64,000 nt of DNA from Candidatus Latescibacterota bacterium (GTDB lineage Bacteria; Latescibacterota; UBA2968; GCA-2709665). This document shows, piece by piece, positions 38,157 through 48,102 of this stretch. The DNA is taken from contig CAXXJS010000061.1 of NCBI GenBank assembly GCA_963662665.2, positions 192,001 through 256,000 on the forward strand, read 5' to 3'. The notes under the pieces were generated by a model that searched no databases, had not been told where the DNA came from, and worked only from the letters and a program-made list of their open reading frames with translations. How positions within the stretch are numbered: the first letter of the stretch is position 1; every line of letters starts with the position of its first letter. The translations under genes were made by a program, and so were the position numbers.

Positions 38157-39656
38157 ATGTCACTGGTAATTGGAATTGACCTGGGCACGTCCAGTACAAA
38201 GACAATTGCACTGGATGAGAGCGGCACTGTACTGGCTTCGGCCAGTGCAAGTTACGGGATGAAGACGCCGCGACCGGGCTGGGTGGAACAGGACGCCAGC
38301 GACTGGTGGCGGGCGATCTGCAAGACTACCCGAGCGGTCACGGCCGAACTGCAGGCGCAGGGACGGTCCGTGGATGAAGTCCGGGGCGTGGCGCTCTCCG
38401 GGCATATGAACGGGGCCGTGTTCGTGGACGGCGCAGGCAACCCGCTGAGGTCGCCCATTCTCTGGCTCGACCGTCGCTCGCAGGCCGAATGTAACGCGGC
38501 GAACGCGCGAGCGGGGGATTTGCTGCGGGCCAGGGCTCTGCACGTGATGAACCCGATCAATACGCTGGCCAAGGTGTTGTGGGTCCGGGCTCACGAGCGG
38601 GAAGTTTACGAGGAAGCACGGTATGTGTTGATCCCCAAGGACTGGGTCCGGTTCCGGATGACGGGTACATTCGGTTCGGACGTGTCGGACGCGTCGGTTT
38701 CCGCGGCCGCGGACCTTCAGGCGAGGGACTGGAGCGGCGAGATTCTGGATGCTCTGGAGGTGCGCCGCAGCCTGTTTCCCGATATCTCGGAATCTCCAGA
38801 GGTGGTCGGCGCGCTCACCGGCCGGGCTTCCCGTGAAACGGGACTGGCCGCGAAGACGCCCGTATGCGCTGGCGGCGGCGATGTCTCCTGCCTCGCGGTG
38901 GGCAGCGGCGTTATCAGACCGGGTATTGTGAACGTGGGCATCGGTACGGCGGGGCACGCGCTTGCGTTCGCGAAGACATTGGATACGGCGGCGTTCAACA
39001 GGCTCTGGCCGGTGTGTCACTCGGTCCCCGGTGCCTTTTTCTGGTTGGGGTGTTCGTATACGTGCGGTGCGAGTATGGCATGGTTGAGTACACAACTGGG
39101 CGAGGACGTATCCGTTCTGACGCGGTCCGCTGCGGAGGCGCCCGCCGGCAGCGAAGGGCTTTTCTTCTTGCCGTGGCTGGAAGGGGCGGCAACGCCTCAC
39201 CCGGACGCCGGCGCCCGCGGCGGCTGGATAGGTCTCACGCTGCGTCATTCGAAAGCGCATCTTGTGCGTTCGCTGATGGAGGGCGTGGCGTTCGATCTGA
39301 GGCGCTCTCTGGAGTGTTTCGAGGACATCGGGCTGCCAATCGAGGACTTGCGAATCAGCGAAGGCGGCGCAAAGTCCTCTCTCTGGCGTCAGATCCAGGC
39401 CGACGTGTTCGGTCGTGACGCACGGGTGCTGGACGTACAGGATGCGTCGGCGCTGGGTGCGGCCGTGATCGCCGGCGTGGGCGTGGGCGTGTTTCCCGAT
39501 TTTGAAACGGCCTGCGAACGCGCGGTGGGCCTGGGCGAGGCCATCCGGCACAGCGGGAAGCGCGCGACCGAATACGAAAAGCAGTTTCAGCGGTACCGCG
39601 GCCTGTATCCGAGCCTGAAAGGCTGGTTTAACGAGAATACGACAACAGGACCATAA
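38157..39656 (+). CDS. xylB: Xylulokinase-like FGGY carbohydrate kinase
   Basis: GIDLGTSSTK, PGWVEQD, SGHMNG, W.DRRS, PKDW, EGVAF, GGAKSSLWRQIQAD. Confidence 0.78.
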   Translation: MSLVIGIDLGTSSTKTIALDESGTVLASASASYGMKTPRPGWVEQDASDWWRAICKTTRAVTAELQAQGRSVDEVRGVALSGHMNGAVFVDGAGNPLRSPILWLDRRSQAECNAANARAGDLLRARALHVMNPINTLAKVLWVRAHEREVYEEARYVLIPKDWVRFRMTGTFGSDVSDASVSAAADLQARDWSGEILDALEVRRSLFPDISESPEVVGALTGRASRETGLAAKTPVCAGGGDVSCLAVGSGVIRPGIVNVGIGTAGHALAFAKTLDTAAFNRLWPVCHSVPGAFFWLGCSYTCGASMAWLSTQLGEDVSVLTRSAAEAPAGSEGLFFLPWLEGAATPHPDAGARGGWIGLTLRHSKAHLVRSLMEGVAFDLRRSLECFEDIGLPIEDLRISEGGAKSSLWRQIQADVFGRDARVLDVQDASALGAAVIAGVGVGVFPDFETACERAVGLGEAIRHSGKRATEYEKQFQRYRGLYPSLKGWFNENTTTGP

Positions 39657-39732
39657 TCCGCCGTCTATCCCTGGATGTAAACACCTGAATACCCGGTTCT
39701 GAAATCTGCGGTATTAACGAGGAGCTCACGGA

Positions 39733-40113
39733 ATGGAGAAGGCTTTCGAGCGACCCTACCGACCTTTGAAAGCAAACGAGACGTGGATCGAGTCCTTTAC
39801 GCTACACGCCATGGCCGAACAGCTTATGGGGGAAGACGCCTTTGCTGAATCCGGTCGGAACGCGCTTTCGCTGGTTCGCGGGGATGAGATGACCGTGGTC
39901 CTGACTGTGATGAAGGAGGGCGCGGCTCTGCACGAACACCGGGCTCCGGGCCCCGCCACGGTGATTCTTCTGAGCGGACGAATCCGGATATCGTCTGGTG
40001 TCGAGGAGGCGCCGCTGGAACCCGGTTCGGCAGTTTCGTTCACGGCAAACCTCCGCCACGCCGTGAAGGCCATGGAAGACAGCGCGTTTCTCATCGTTAT
40101 CGGCGGCAGATAG
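39733..40113 (+). CDS. Cupin-domain protein
   Basis: LHEHRAPG...LSG, L.PG....F.ANLRHAV.A.EDSAFL. Confidence 0.8.
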   Translation: MEKAFERPYRPLKANETWIESFTLHAMAEQLMGEDAFAESGRNALSLVRGDEMTVVLTVMKEGAALHEHRAPGPATVILLSGRIRISSGVEEAPLEPGSAVSFTANLRHAVKAMEDSAFLIVIGGR

Positions 40114-40149
40114 ACGAGGAGGACACAATTAAACGGGAGATTGCCGGAT

Positions 40150-40959
40150 ATGGAAACGCTGAGCGAATCGCAGGTCGCTTTTTTCCGCGAAAACGGATAC
40201 ATCCGTCTCGAAGGCATGTTCTCTCCCGGGGAAGTCCGCGAGATGGGCGACGAGCTGGACTACGTCATGGAGGAGTTCGCGAATTGGGATTCAGCCTGGA
40301 AGGGGCCGTGGCGGAAAGAGTATATGGATGAAGAGGAAGACGCGGCGGCAACGCTGGTGGCCATCCATGAGTTGCAGCACTATTCTGCAGCCTGGTCCCG
40401 CGCCATCACGAAGCGGGAGTTGGGCGCCTCCGTGGGCGATCTCCTGGGATCGGATGCCGTTGAGTTGCACCATGTCACACTGCACGCGAAGCCGCCGGAC
40501 AAGGGCGCGCCTTTTCCCATGCACCAGGATCTGCCATTCTTCCCGCACGAAGACGGAAGGTACGCCGATTGCCTCGTGCACCTGGACGACGCCGACGAGA
40601 CCAGCGGTTGCATCAAATTCCTCAAGGGGTCGCACCGTCTCGGCAAGCTGGAGCATATTACAGGCGCCGGTACGGCGCCCCACCTGCCCACGGACCGGTA
40701 CCGGCTTCAGGATGCCGTTTCGGTTCCGGCCAGGGCCGGGGACGTGGTTCTGTTCTACCTGTGGACCATCCACGGATCGGCGGTCAATCACAGCGGAAAC
40801 TGGCGGCGCCTGGTGCGGCTGGGATTCAGGGACCCCCGCAACCGGCAGGAAGGCGGGCAGGGCATGGGACGGCCCGGCTTTATCGTCAAGGGCGTCAGAC
40901 CGAAGGTGGAGGGGGTGGACGTGGACGTGTATGGCAACTGGGCTCAGGATCGCGCCTAG
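40150..40959 (+). CDS. PhyH family dioxygenase
   Basis: FRENGY, KPP..GAPFPMHQD, GC..FLKGSH, TIHGS..N....RR. Confidence 0.88.
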   Translation: METLSESQVAFFRENGYIRLEGMFSPGEVREMGDELDYVMEEFANWDSAWKGPWRKEYMDEEEDAAATLVAIHELQHYSAAWSRAITKRELGASVGDLLGSDAVELHHVTLHAKPPDKGAPFPMHQDLPFFPHEDGRYADCLVHLDDADETSGCIKFLKGSHRLGKLEHITGAGTAPHLPTDRYRLQDAVSVPARAGDVVLFYLWTIHGSAVNHSGNWRRLVRLGFRDPRNRQEGGQGMGRPGFIVKGVRPKVEGVDVDVYGNWAQDRA

Positions 40960-40994
40960 CCCCCCACGGAAACACGACACTGCGCTTACGCCTG

Positions 40995-41018
40995 CCCTGC
41001 CTGCTTCAGCAGGCAGGG
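40995..41018 (+). terminator. Intergenic hairpin
   Basis: CCCTGCCTGC-ttca-GCAGGCAGGG, a 10-bp perfect stem. Confidence 0.45.
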
Positions 41019-41079
41019 TGGATCATCCCGTGTCGCTGCACGACGAGAAACGACACGAGACATTCAGTGGGTGAAGTGA

Positions 41080-41718
41080 ATGGCGAATTTAAACCCGCAC
41101 AGGTTTTCCATCGCCGAGGCGCTGCGGTTCGGCTGGCGGACAACCCTGGATAATCCGGGATATTTTCTCGGTATCGGGAGTCTGTACCTGGTCATCGTTG
41201 TGGGCCTGAACGGCGTTGTCTTCAAGTTGAACGCATACTCGGAGGGCTGGGCGTTCCTTTTCGGTATCATTGCATTTGTCGTGGGAATCGTCATGGACGT
41301 TGGGTTGACTGTAATTTCCCTGCGTTTCGGAGATGGCCGAAAGGCGCAGGTGGCGGACCTCTTCATCCACTATCCAATGGCGCCGACGTACTTTATTTCT
41401 TCTCTTGTCGCAGCTCTGGCGGTGCTTGTCGGCCTGGTTCTGCTTATCGTACCGGGCGTGATCCTTCTGGTGATCTTTCAGTTTTACGCCTACCATATCG
41501 TAGATGAGGGCGCGGGTGCCGTTGAAGCACTGCGCCGAAGCGGGGCGTTGACCAGAGGCGAAAGGTGGCGCCTGTTTCTCTTTGGACTATTAACGGTGCT
41601 GATCAATATCGGCGGCGCACTCTGTCTTCTGGTGGGCCTGTTCCTTACCGTGCCGGTGACGCTGGTGTCACGTGCGTACGTGTTCAGGCAACTCCAGGCG
41701 CAAAGAAGCGGCGCGTAA
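41080..41718 (+). CDS. Integral membrane protein (DUF975/YciC-like)
   Basis: Several TM helices, LLIVPGV, EALRRS..LTRG. Confidence 0.75.
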   Translation: MANLNPHRFSIAEALRFGWRTTLDNPGYFLGIGSLYLVIVVGLNGVVFKLNAYSEGWAFLFGIIAFVVGIVMDVGLTVISLRFGDGRKAQVADLFIHYPMAPTYFISSLVAALAVLVGLVLLIVPGVILLVIFQFYAYHIVDEGAGAVEALRRSGALTRGERWRLFLFGLLTVLINIGGALCLLVGLFLTVPVTLVSRAYVFRQLQAQRSGA

Positions 41719-41736
41719 TTCGAAGCGAGGGGTGCC

Positions 41737-42915
41737 ATGTATCGCATCGGTGACCTGGAACTGAGGCGTGTTGAAAGGTTGTTCAAAGACGGCGGCCTTT
41801 TTAGGTACGGACGCACGGGCGAATGCGAACGATTCGAGGCACGTTGGGCGAAGCATCTGGGTGTGAAGTACGCCATGATGACCACGAGCGGGACGTCCGC
41901 GTTATATTGCGCGCTCGTGGGACTGAAGGTGGGCCCCGGCGACGAAGTCATCGTCCCTGCCTGTACGTATATGGCCACCGCGCTGGCGGTTCTGGCGGCA
42001 GGCGCGATACCCGTCGTAGCCGACGTGGACGAGTCGATCACGCTCTGTGCAGATGACGTGGAGCGCCGGCTCTCGCCTCACACAAAGGCGATCATTCCCG
42101 TGCATATGTGGGGTCTGCCGTGCAACATGAAGGCGCTGATGCGTGTTGCGCGCAGGCACAAACTGCTCGTGCTGGAGGACGCATGCCAGGCGGTGGGCGG
42201 CGCCTACGAGGGCAGGATGCTGGGTTCGATCGGACACGCGGGCGCCTTCAGCTTCAACTTCTACAAGAATATCTCAAGCGGCGAGGGCGGGGCATTCGTC
42301 ACCAGCAACAAGGCCGTTTTCGGACGCGCCTCCGTCGCTTCGGATTGCTGTTCGTTCTACTGGAATCCGGATCAGACGAAGGAGGACGAGCAGTTCGCGG
42401 GACTGAATTTCAGGGCCCCGGAAGTTTCGGGCGCCATTCTGAACGCCCAGTTGCGGCGCCTCGACGGGATGCTGGAGAAGATGGGCGCCCACAAACGGCA
42501 GTTGCTGGAGGCAGGCCGGGCCGCGGGCCTGACTTCCATCGTCAACAACAGCCTGTCGTACGAGTGCGGCAGCAATCTGGGGTTCATTTTTCCGAACGAG
42601 GAATCGGCGAGGGCTTTCGCGGACGGTCTGAGCGGGAATGGCGCCCGCGGATTCCTGCCCATCGATACGGGGCGGCACGTCTATACCCGGTGGGACCCGA
42701 TCATGAGAAAACAGGGGGCGCACCACCCCGATATGAATCCCTACAACTTCCCGGCGAACCGGAAGCTGAACGTGACGTACACAATGGATATGTGCAGCGA
42801 TTCCCTCGACGTAATGAGCCGGGCCGTGTTGATCCCGATGCATCCGGACAACACGCAGGCCCGGGTTCGAAAGATGGCGGATGCAATCAGGAAAGCGACC
42901 GCCGGGTCCGGCTGA
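41737..42915 (+). CDS. DegT/DnrJ/EryC1/StrS PLP aminotransferase
   Basis: SGTSAL, GPGDEVIVP, PVHMWG, EDACQA, FSFNFYKNISSGEGG. Confidence 0.9.
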   Translation: MYRIGDLELRRVERLFKDGGLFRYGRTGECERFEARWAKHLGVKYAMMTTSGTSALYCALVGLKVGPGDEVIVPACTYMATALAVLAAGAIPVVADVDESITLCADDVERRLSPHTKAIIPVHMWGLPCNMKALMRVARRHKLLVLEDACQAVGGAYEGRMLGSIGHAGAFSFNFYKNISSGEGGAFVTSNKAVFGRASVASDCCSFYWNPDQTKEDEQFAGLNFRAPEVSGAILNAQLRRLDGMLEKMGAHKRQLLEAGRAAGLTSIVNNSLSYECGSNLGFIFPNEESARAFADGLSGNGARGFLPIDTGRHVYTRWDPIMRKQGAHHPDMNPYNFPANRKLNVTYTMDMCSDSLDVMSRAVLIPMHPDNTQARVRKMADAIRKATAGSG

Positions 42916-42924
42916 GGAGGAGAC

Positions 42925-43890
42925 ATGAAGGCGGCGTGGGACTGGCATCTGCCGGTGGAGACCGGAACGCAGCAGCGGGAGATCGTTGAATTCGCATGTG
43001 ATCTGGGCTTCGACACCCTGATCGTGCGGGACCCCTCAGAGGCAATGGCGCGGCGGGGCGCGGAGCTGGGAGTCAGGATCGTCGCGATTGTGTACGCACG
43101 GCCGTCGGAAGCGTTTGCACAAACGCATCCGGAATGCCTGCAGCGCCTGCTACCCGCGGAGGACAAGATCGCACGCGCCGGACACGCGGGCACCCCCGCC
43201 AACTTCCAGCTGCTGTCACACCGGTGGTTTTCCATCGTGCAGGAAGGCGCCACGCTGTGCTTCGAGCACGAGGCGTCGAGGTCCTTTCTCAGGGAGCGAG
43301 TGACTGCTGCGTTGGAAATCGCGGACGGTGTGTCGTTCGACGGGTTCGGTTTCAGGAACCACTATGCGTGTTTCTGCGATCGATGCACGGACGTCCGGAA
43401 GTCGATGGCCGAGGGGCAGCCCGAGGCGCACGAACCGGAACTGCTTGCACGGATGTCCGAAACGAGTCTGGTCACGGTATCCGACGTCCTTTACGAACAC
43501 GCGAAGGAGATCAAACCGGATGCGATCGTGACCAACCACGTGTGGCCGCCGTTTTACCCTGACGAATATTATGGAAACAGGCTGCGTCTGGATTATTGCA
43601 CGCAGACGATTTCCTGGTTCTATCCGCCGCACTGGAGCCTGCAGCGCGTAGAATTCGAGACCGCAGAGATGAAGCGTCTCGAAGATGCGAAACGGAACAC
43701 GTTCGTGCCGTTTATCGGGCTCTATTCGGATCCGTATCTGGTTCGTTCACCGGAGCGTGTGAGGAAGGAGTTCGAGATCGCGGGCACGTACGCCAACGGC
43801 CACGTCGTTTTGTGCAGCCTCGAAACGCCGCGTCTCTATCCCGAGATCGCGGCCGTGGTCAGGGCCGCACTGGCTCAGAAGACCCTATGA
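42925..43890 (+). CDS. Hypothetical protein, possible glycoside-hydrolase-like TIM barrel with a CxCxxC insert
   Basis: GAGGAG RBS. LGFDTL, HPE, LCF, DGVSFD..CFCDRC. Confidence 0.55.
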   Translation: MKAAWDWHLPVETGTQQREIVEFACDLGFDTLIVRDPSEAMARRGAELGVRIVAIVYARPSEAFAQTHPECLQRLLPAEDKIARAGHAGTPANFQLLSHRWFSIVQEGATLCFEHEASRSFLRERVTAALEIADGVSFDGFGFRNHYACFCDRCTDVRKSMAEGQPEAHEPELLARMSETSLVTVSDVLYEHAKEIKPDAIVTNHVWPPFYPDEYYGNRLRLDYCTQTISWFYPPHWSLQRVEFETAEMKRLEDAKRNTFVPFIGLYSDPYLVRSPERVRKEFEIAGTYANGHVVLCSLETPRLYPEIAAVVRAALAQKTL

Positions 43891-43958
43891 AATGAATGCG
43901 CTGATGGCGTGAAGGCCGCGTGTACCGGGAATCCCGTACCCGTAGAGATGCTGCGCCG

Positions 43959-45782
43959 CTACCCGTCCGGTTGTGCCCCGGGCGGGTTTTTCCATTGAAC
44001 CGGCGGAAGAAACGCCCTGAGATAGGTGCGGGTCCACCATTCGCCGGTCCTGTTTTTTTCGTCCGGCGTTGTGAAACGATAGTCATACAGTTCCGCCCGC
44101 AGGTATCGGGGCGGATTGTCCGGAAACGGGTTTCGGGCAAGAAGATCGACCACCGCGGGTGACCCTTCGAGCAGCCGGTAACACAGGCGGGTGAACCATG
44201 GACTCTGCCGGTAGTGGCCGAGTGCGGCGAACCACATCTGCCAGTCCAGACGTGGCTGGTGCGGCGCAACCAGCGGCGGCCGCCTGTCCGTAGCGCCCGG
44301 TTTGTGGCGAAATTCGTAGGGATGCCAGGTTTTGCCGTCTCTGCTGCCTTCAAGGATGATCTCCGGCCTCCGTGTGGTCATCACCTGGAAGAGACCGTAG
44401 TTGTTTACGACGTGGTAGGGCGCTACGGCACTGTGCAGAGCCACGAGATGCCGGGGCCAGGGGGGATTGAGGCGGAAGCTGAAGCTGACGAGATACATCA
44501 GACTCAGGGTCACAACCAGAACCGCAAGCGGCAGGGTCGCTGTTCGCTGCACCGTCGGGTGTACCGGGTCTGAGCCGGAAGGCGGGACTCTGAGGCGATT
44601 CGGCCACGACCTGTCGCCGATCAGCCAAAGACAGAGGGCGGTCGCGAGGAGGTTGAAGAAGGTGAAGTTTCCGGTAAACGCGATCCCCAACTGCAGGCCG
44701 GCAAGCAATGCACAGGCCGCAATCCGGAGGCGTTGGGGTGCGAAGATGAAGAAGGGCACCACGAGTTCGATGGTGAACATCACAACCGCGGAAACCACGT
44801 GGATGCCTTCCGGCAGATGGTGCGCGTACCAGGCCACGGGATTGGGAAGGGGTTGTGTCTGGTAGTGATAGGTGAGTGCGCTGAGGTCGCGCCAGGCTGC
44901 GTCGCCGCTGGTGAGTTTGACAACGCCTGATGCGAACATGAAGCGAAAGAGCAGCCAGCGGTAGAGCCAGGCGACGAGCCGGGTGGGCGCTATGGCGCCG
45001 CGTCTCGCTAAAAGTTTCCAGGGCGCCAGAAACACGGCCAGCAGACCGGCTTCGAGAAGCAAAACGTCCCATTGAAAGGACATAAAGGGGCCGGCGGCCG
45101 TGACGATGGAAAGATAGGCGATCCACAGCAACAAAAAGAGCAGGCCGGAGGCAGGAAACAGCGCAGCGCCGAGTGCGAGCAGCGTGCCGCCGCCACAGAC
45201 GACGTGGAGGAACGTGTCGCTCTGATCGAACCAGAACAGGGTCGGGTGCCGGAGCGGATGGCTCGAATTCGCTTCGAGACGAATGGACTCGTCGACCGGA
45301 AGGATGCCCTGTGCGCCGATGAGGCCGTGCGCCTGCACCCAGAACGAAAGGAAGGCGATCAGATAAGTTACGGCCAGGGCGCGCAGGAACAGGTCGGCGG
45401 AGGTCCGATACGCGGGTCGGCGGAGGTCATTTCCCCAGAGCCACCGGGTAACCGTTGACACCGTGATCCGGTTGCGGACAACCACGCGGTAAGTGGCTTC
45501 CGCAGCACCCGCAAACCAGGGCAGGCGGCGGTAGGCCCACCATAGCAGTTTACCCGCCGGCCCGGTAAACGCGAGCACGCACAGTGCGGCTTTGGCGCCG
45601 CTGTAGACTTCGCCGTCCGGACCGATCCACTGGACTGCGTTTTCAAATTGCTCCGGGGATATCTGTGGGAACCGGTGGCCGACCTCCTGCGACGGCGCGA
45701 ACCCGACCCGATCGCCGGTGATGGCGCGAACGCGGTCCACCCAACGCGTGCAGAAGCCGCAGTTACCGTCGTACACAAGCAT
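43959..45782 (-). CDS. DUF393 (DCC thiol-disulfide) plus lipase maturation factor fusion
   Basis: YDGNCGFC, FQWDVLLLEAG, SGVVKL, HYQTQPLP, YGLF, EGS.DG..W, HQPRLDWQMWFAAL. Confidence 0.9.
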   Translation of the reverse strand: MLVYDGNCGFCTRWVDRVRAITGDRVGFAPSQEVGHRFPQISPEQFENAVQWIGPDGEVYSGAKAALCVLAFTGPAGKLLWWAYRRLPWFAGAAEATYRVVVRNRITVSTVTRWLWGNDLRRPAYRTSADLFLRALAVTYLIAFLSFWVQAHGLIGAQGILPVDESIRLEANSSHPLRHPTLFWFDQSDTFLHVVCGGGTLLALGAALFPASGLLFLLLWIAYLSIVTAAGPFMSFQWDVLLLEAGLLAVFLAPWKLLARRGAIAPTRLVAWLYRWLLFRFMFASGVVKLTSGDAAWRDLSALTYHYQTQPLPNPVAWYAHHLPEGIHVVSAVVMFTIELVVPFFIFAPQRLRIAACALLAGLQLGIAFTGNFTFFNLLATALCLWLIGDRSWPNRLRVPPSGSDPVHPTVQRTATLPLAVLVVTLSLMYLVSFSFRLNPPWPRHLVALHSAVAPYHVVNNYGLFQVMTTRRPEIILEGSRDGKTWHPYEFRHKPGATDRRPPLVAPHQPRLDWQMWFAALGHYRQSPWFTRLCYRLLEGSPAVVDLLARNPFPDNPPRYLRAELYDYRFTTPDEKNRTGEWWTRTYLRAFLPPVQWKNPPGAQPDG

Positions 45783-45786
45783 GGGA

Positions 45787-46494
45787 TTACCGGACGAAAC
45801 CGGCGATGAGTCCGAGGAAACCGCCGAATACGCCGCCCCAGACCACGAGCCAGCCGAGGTGTTCGCGGATCATTTCCTGTACGATCTGTTTGACCATCTG
45901 AGGCGTAAGTTCCTCCAGCCGGCGTGTGACAATGGTCTCCGCTCTGGCCACCAGGGCTTCCCCGGCGTGAGCGCTTTGCAGGCCGGCGGTCATGGCGTCC
46001 CTGAAGGAGCGAGAGAGCAGCATGTCGCGGAGTTCGTCCTTCATCTTGGTCTTGAAGGGGTTGCGGAGCGGTTCCAGCGCTCTTTCGCCGCCCACGATTC
46101 CGAGCATGCCGCCAAATGGCGAGGTGAGTACGACGTCGACGAAGCCGGCGTAGATGCGATCGTAGTCAACGGCGGCGACGACGGGTTCGGGGTCGAGGGG
46201 TTCGTCCGGAGATTCCGCGGCGAGGAATTCCTCCACTTTCTCCCGCTTGAAGAACTGCTCCATGATGAGCTTTCGAATACCGCCCTTGAACTCCTCGAAG
46301 CGTGCGGGCACCACGCCGGAGCCGTACAGGCCGGGTACTCTTTCGAAGAGCATATGAACGGCCAGCCAGTTCGTTAGCGCACCCGATGTCGCGAACAGTC
46401 CTACCGTCAGGATCTGATCCCGATATACCGGGCTGAGGGCGCCGCCGCCGATGAGCCCAAGCGAAATGAGGTTTGTCAGCAGGCTTTTGTTCAT
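45787..46494 (-). CDS. DUF445 family membrane protein
   Basis: TNWLAVHMLFE..PGLYGSGV, HLGWLVVWGGVFGG. Confidence 0.85.
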   Translation of the reverse strand: MNKSLLTNLISLGLIGGGALSPVYRDQILTVGLFATSGALTNWLAVHMLFERVPGLYGSGVVPARFEEFKGGIRKLIMEQFFKREKVEEFLAAESPDEPLDPEPVVAAVDYDRIYAGFVDVVLTSPFGGMLGIVGGERALEPLRNPFKTKMKDELRDMLLSRSFRDAMTAGLQSAHAGEALVARAETIVTRRLEELTPQMVKQIVQEMIREHLGWLVVWGGVFGGFLGLIAGFVR

Positions 46495-46506
46495 AGACTC
46501 AGACTC

Positions 46507-46524
46507 ACATGGATAGACAGGATG
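46507..46524 (+). repeat. Dispersed intergenic CAGGAT-type short repeat, copy 2
   Basis: ACATGGATAGACAGGATG, 17/18 identical to the reverse complement of 5528-5545. Confidence 0.55.
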
Positions 46525-46567
46525 CCGTCGGTCGCGAGAAAACCGTAGGGGATTGACGGACGGCCGC

Positions 46568-47656
46568 TCAATCCCTTCCCGTTAATACCTCCAGGTATTG
46601 CGCGGTGGTTTTCTCCCAGGTGTACTCGGCCCGCACAAAGGCCTGGATCCGCGTCCTCTCACGTTCCTTTTCTTCGTCGGGCAGGTCCACGTACCGGTGG
46701 ATCTGTGCCACAAACCCGGGATAATCGCCGGGCGGGACGCCGAAGCCGCCGTCGCGCAGGCTTTCGCCAAGGGCATCCACGTTGAAATAGACCACCGGCA
46801 GGCCCGCGTACAGACACTCGAGTGGGGCAATGCCGAAGCCTTCGGCGTCGTGGCTGAGATGGATGTTGGGCATCAGGAAGAGTTGCGCCTCCCGGCGAAG
46901 CATGGCCACCGTGGAATCGTCCAGCCGACCAAGCGTAAAGACCCGGTCGCCCAGGTTCAGGGACTTGACGGCGGCTCCAATGTGATCCTGCGTGGGTCCG
47001 CTTCCGCTGATGAACAGGCGGATTTCTTTCCTCATCAGGGGCACGCCGTTTTCGATGAACTCAACCACGCCCTTCCGCCGCACCTGCCTTCCGTAGTTCA
47101 GCAGAAAAGGGCGTTCTTCCAGATTCAGGCCGTGCGCCCGTTCAAATCGGTCTCTTAGCCGCGTGTGCTCCGCTTCGGCGGGTATGACGGCCTGAATGCC
47201 CTGATAAATCACACGGGTTCTGTCCGCCGGCAAGCCGTTTTCGGCCGCGAGGGCCGCCGTAGCGCGGCTGACCATAACGGTACGGTCGCAGGCGCGGGCA
47301 CCCGCCTGCATCAGGCGGTTGAACAAAGCGCGGCGGAACGTCAATTCTGCGCCGTGGATGGTCACCGTGAACCGGGCGGGCGTGAAAGGGCGAAGAAACG
47401 GGGCCAGTGCAGCTGTAACCCCGTCCATAAAGAAAATGACATCCGGTCGATGGCGTAGAATGTGGAACACGGCGGCGCAAAAAGCAATGGGCATGAACCA
47501 TGCCAGATGATAGAGCGGGTCCTTGCCGAGCGCGATAAGCGTTACGGGACATGTTTGGGAAAGCCTTGTATAGAGTTCTTTCGCGTAGATCTGAATGCCG
47601 CCCACGGAAGGCGGATACCGGCGGGCGAGAAAGAGGATGCGGGGTTTGGGAATCAT
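46568..47656 (-). CDS. Glycosyltransferase family 4
   Basis: YPPSVGG, HG.E, GRQVRRKG, EGFGIAPLE. Start at MIPKPRILFL. Confidence 0.85.
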   Translation of the reverse strand: MIPKPRILFLARRYPPSVGGIQIYAKELYTRLSQTCPVTLIALGKDPLYHLAWFMPIAFCAAVFHILRHRPDVIFFMDGVTAALAPFLRPFTPARFTVTIHGAELTFRRALFNRLMQAGARACDRTVMVSRATAALAAENGLPADRTRVIYQGIQAVIPAEAEHTRLRDRFERAHGLNLEERPFLLNYGRQVRRKGVVEFIENGVPLMRKEIRLFISGSGPTQDHIGAAVKSLNLGDRVFTLGRLDDSTVAMLRREAQLFLMPNIHLSHDAEGFGIAPLECLYAGLPVVYFNVDALGESLRDGGFGVPPGDYPGFVAQIHRYVDLPDEEKERERTRIQAFVRAEYTWEKTTAQYLEVLTGRD

Positions 47657-48102
47657 TGGCGGTCCGTGATCGACAACCCGCTGTGCCTTCACATGATGTG
47701 CCCGGCTGCAGGAACGGGTCAGATAAGCAAGATAGGAATCAACTTTATCAATCCATGATAACTGTGCTATTATATGCGCCTTATGCGGTGTGTTGCAAGA
47801 AGTATCAGAGGAGGTGGCGGCCGGCGGCGCTACCGGGACCAGGCGACTGAAACCGGCGCGGCCGCCCGCGAATTCATGAGGATTGAGATCCGATTGGCCA
47901 GGTGGACACCCGCTGGGGTTTTTTGTGCTTTGACAGCCCCGTCTCCGCCTGTATTTTGTGGTCCAGCCGGAAGCAGGGAGCCTCGAAGTGCGTCGCGGTT
48001 TCTGAGGATTTCCGACGGTTGTCTTCCCGTACCGGTTGGACGCGGTAACGGAAACGCGGGTTTCATCGATCAACGAACCCAATCACGGCCGAAAGCGGCA
48101 AG

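Noticed and set aside
47800-47870. SAM-I riboswitch-like start (TATCAGAGGAGGTGG)
   Set aside because: The remaining conserved SAM-I elements are missing and the downstream gene is not methionine-related.
47961-48041. SRP (4.5S) RNA, suggested by GGAAGCAG
   Set aside because: It lacks the TCAGG...GNRA tetraloop arrangement of SRP domain IV. Kept only as an unassigned structured-leader candidate.
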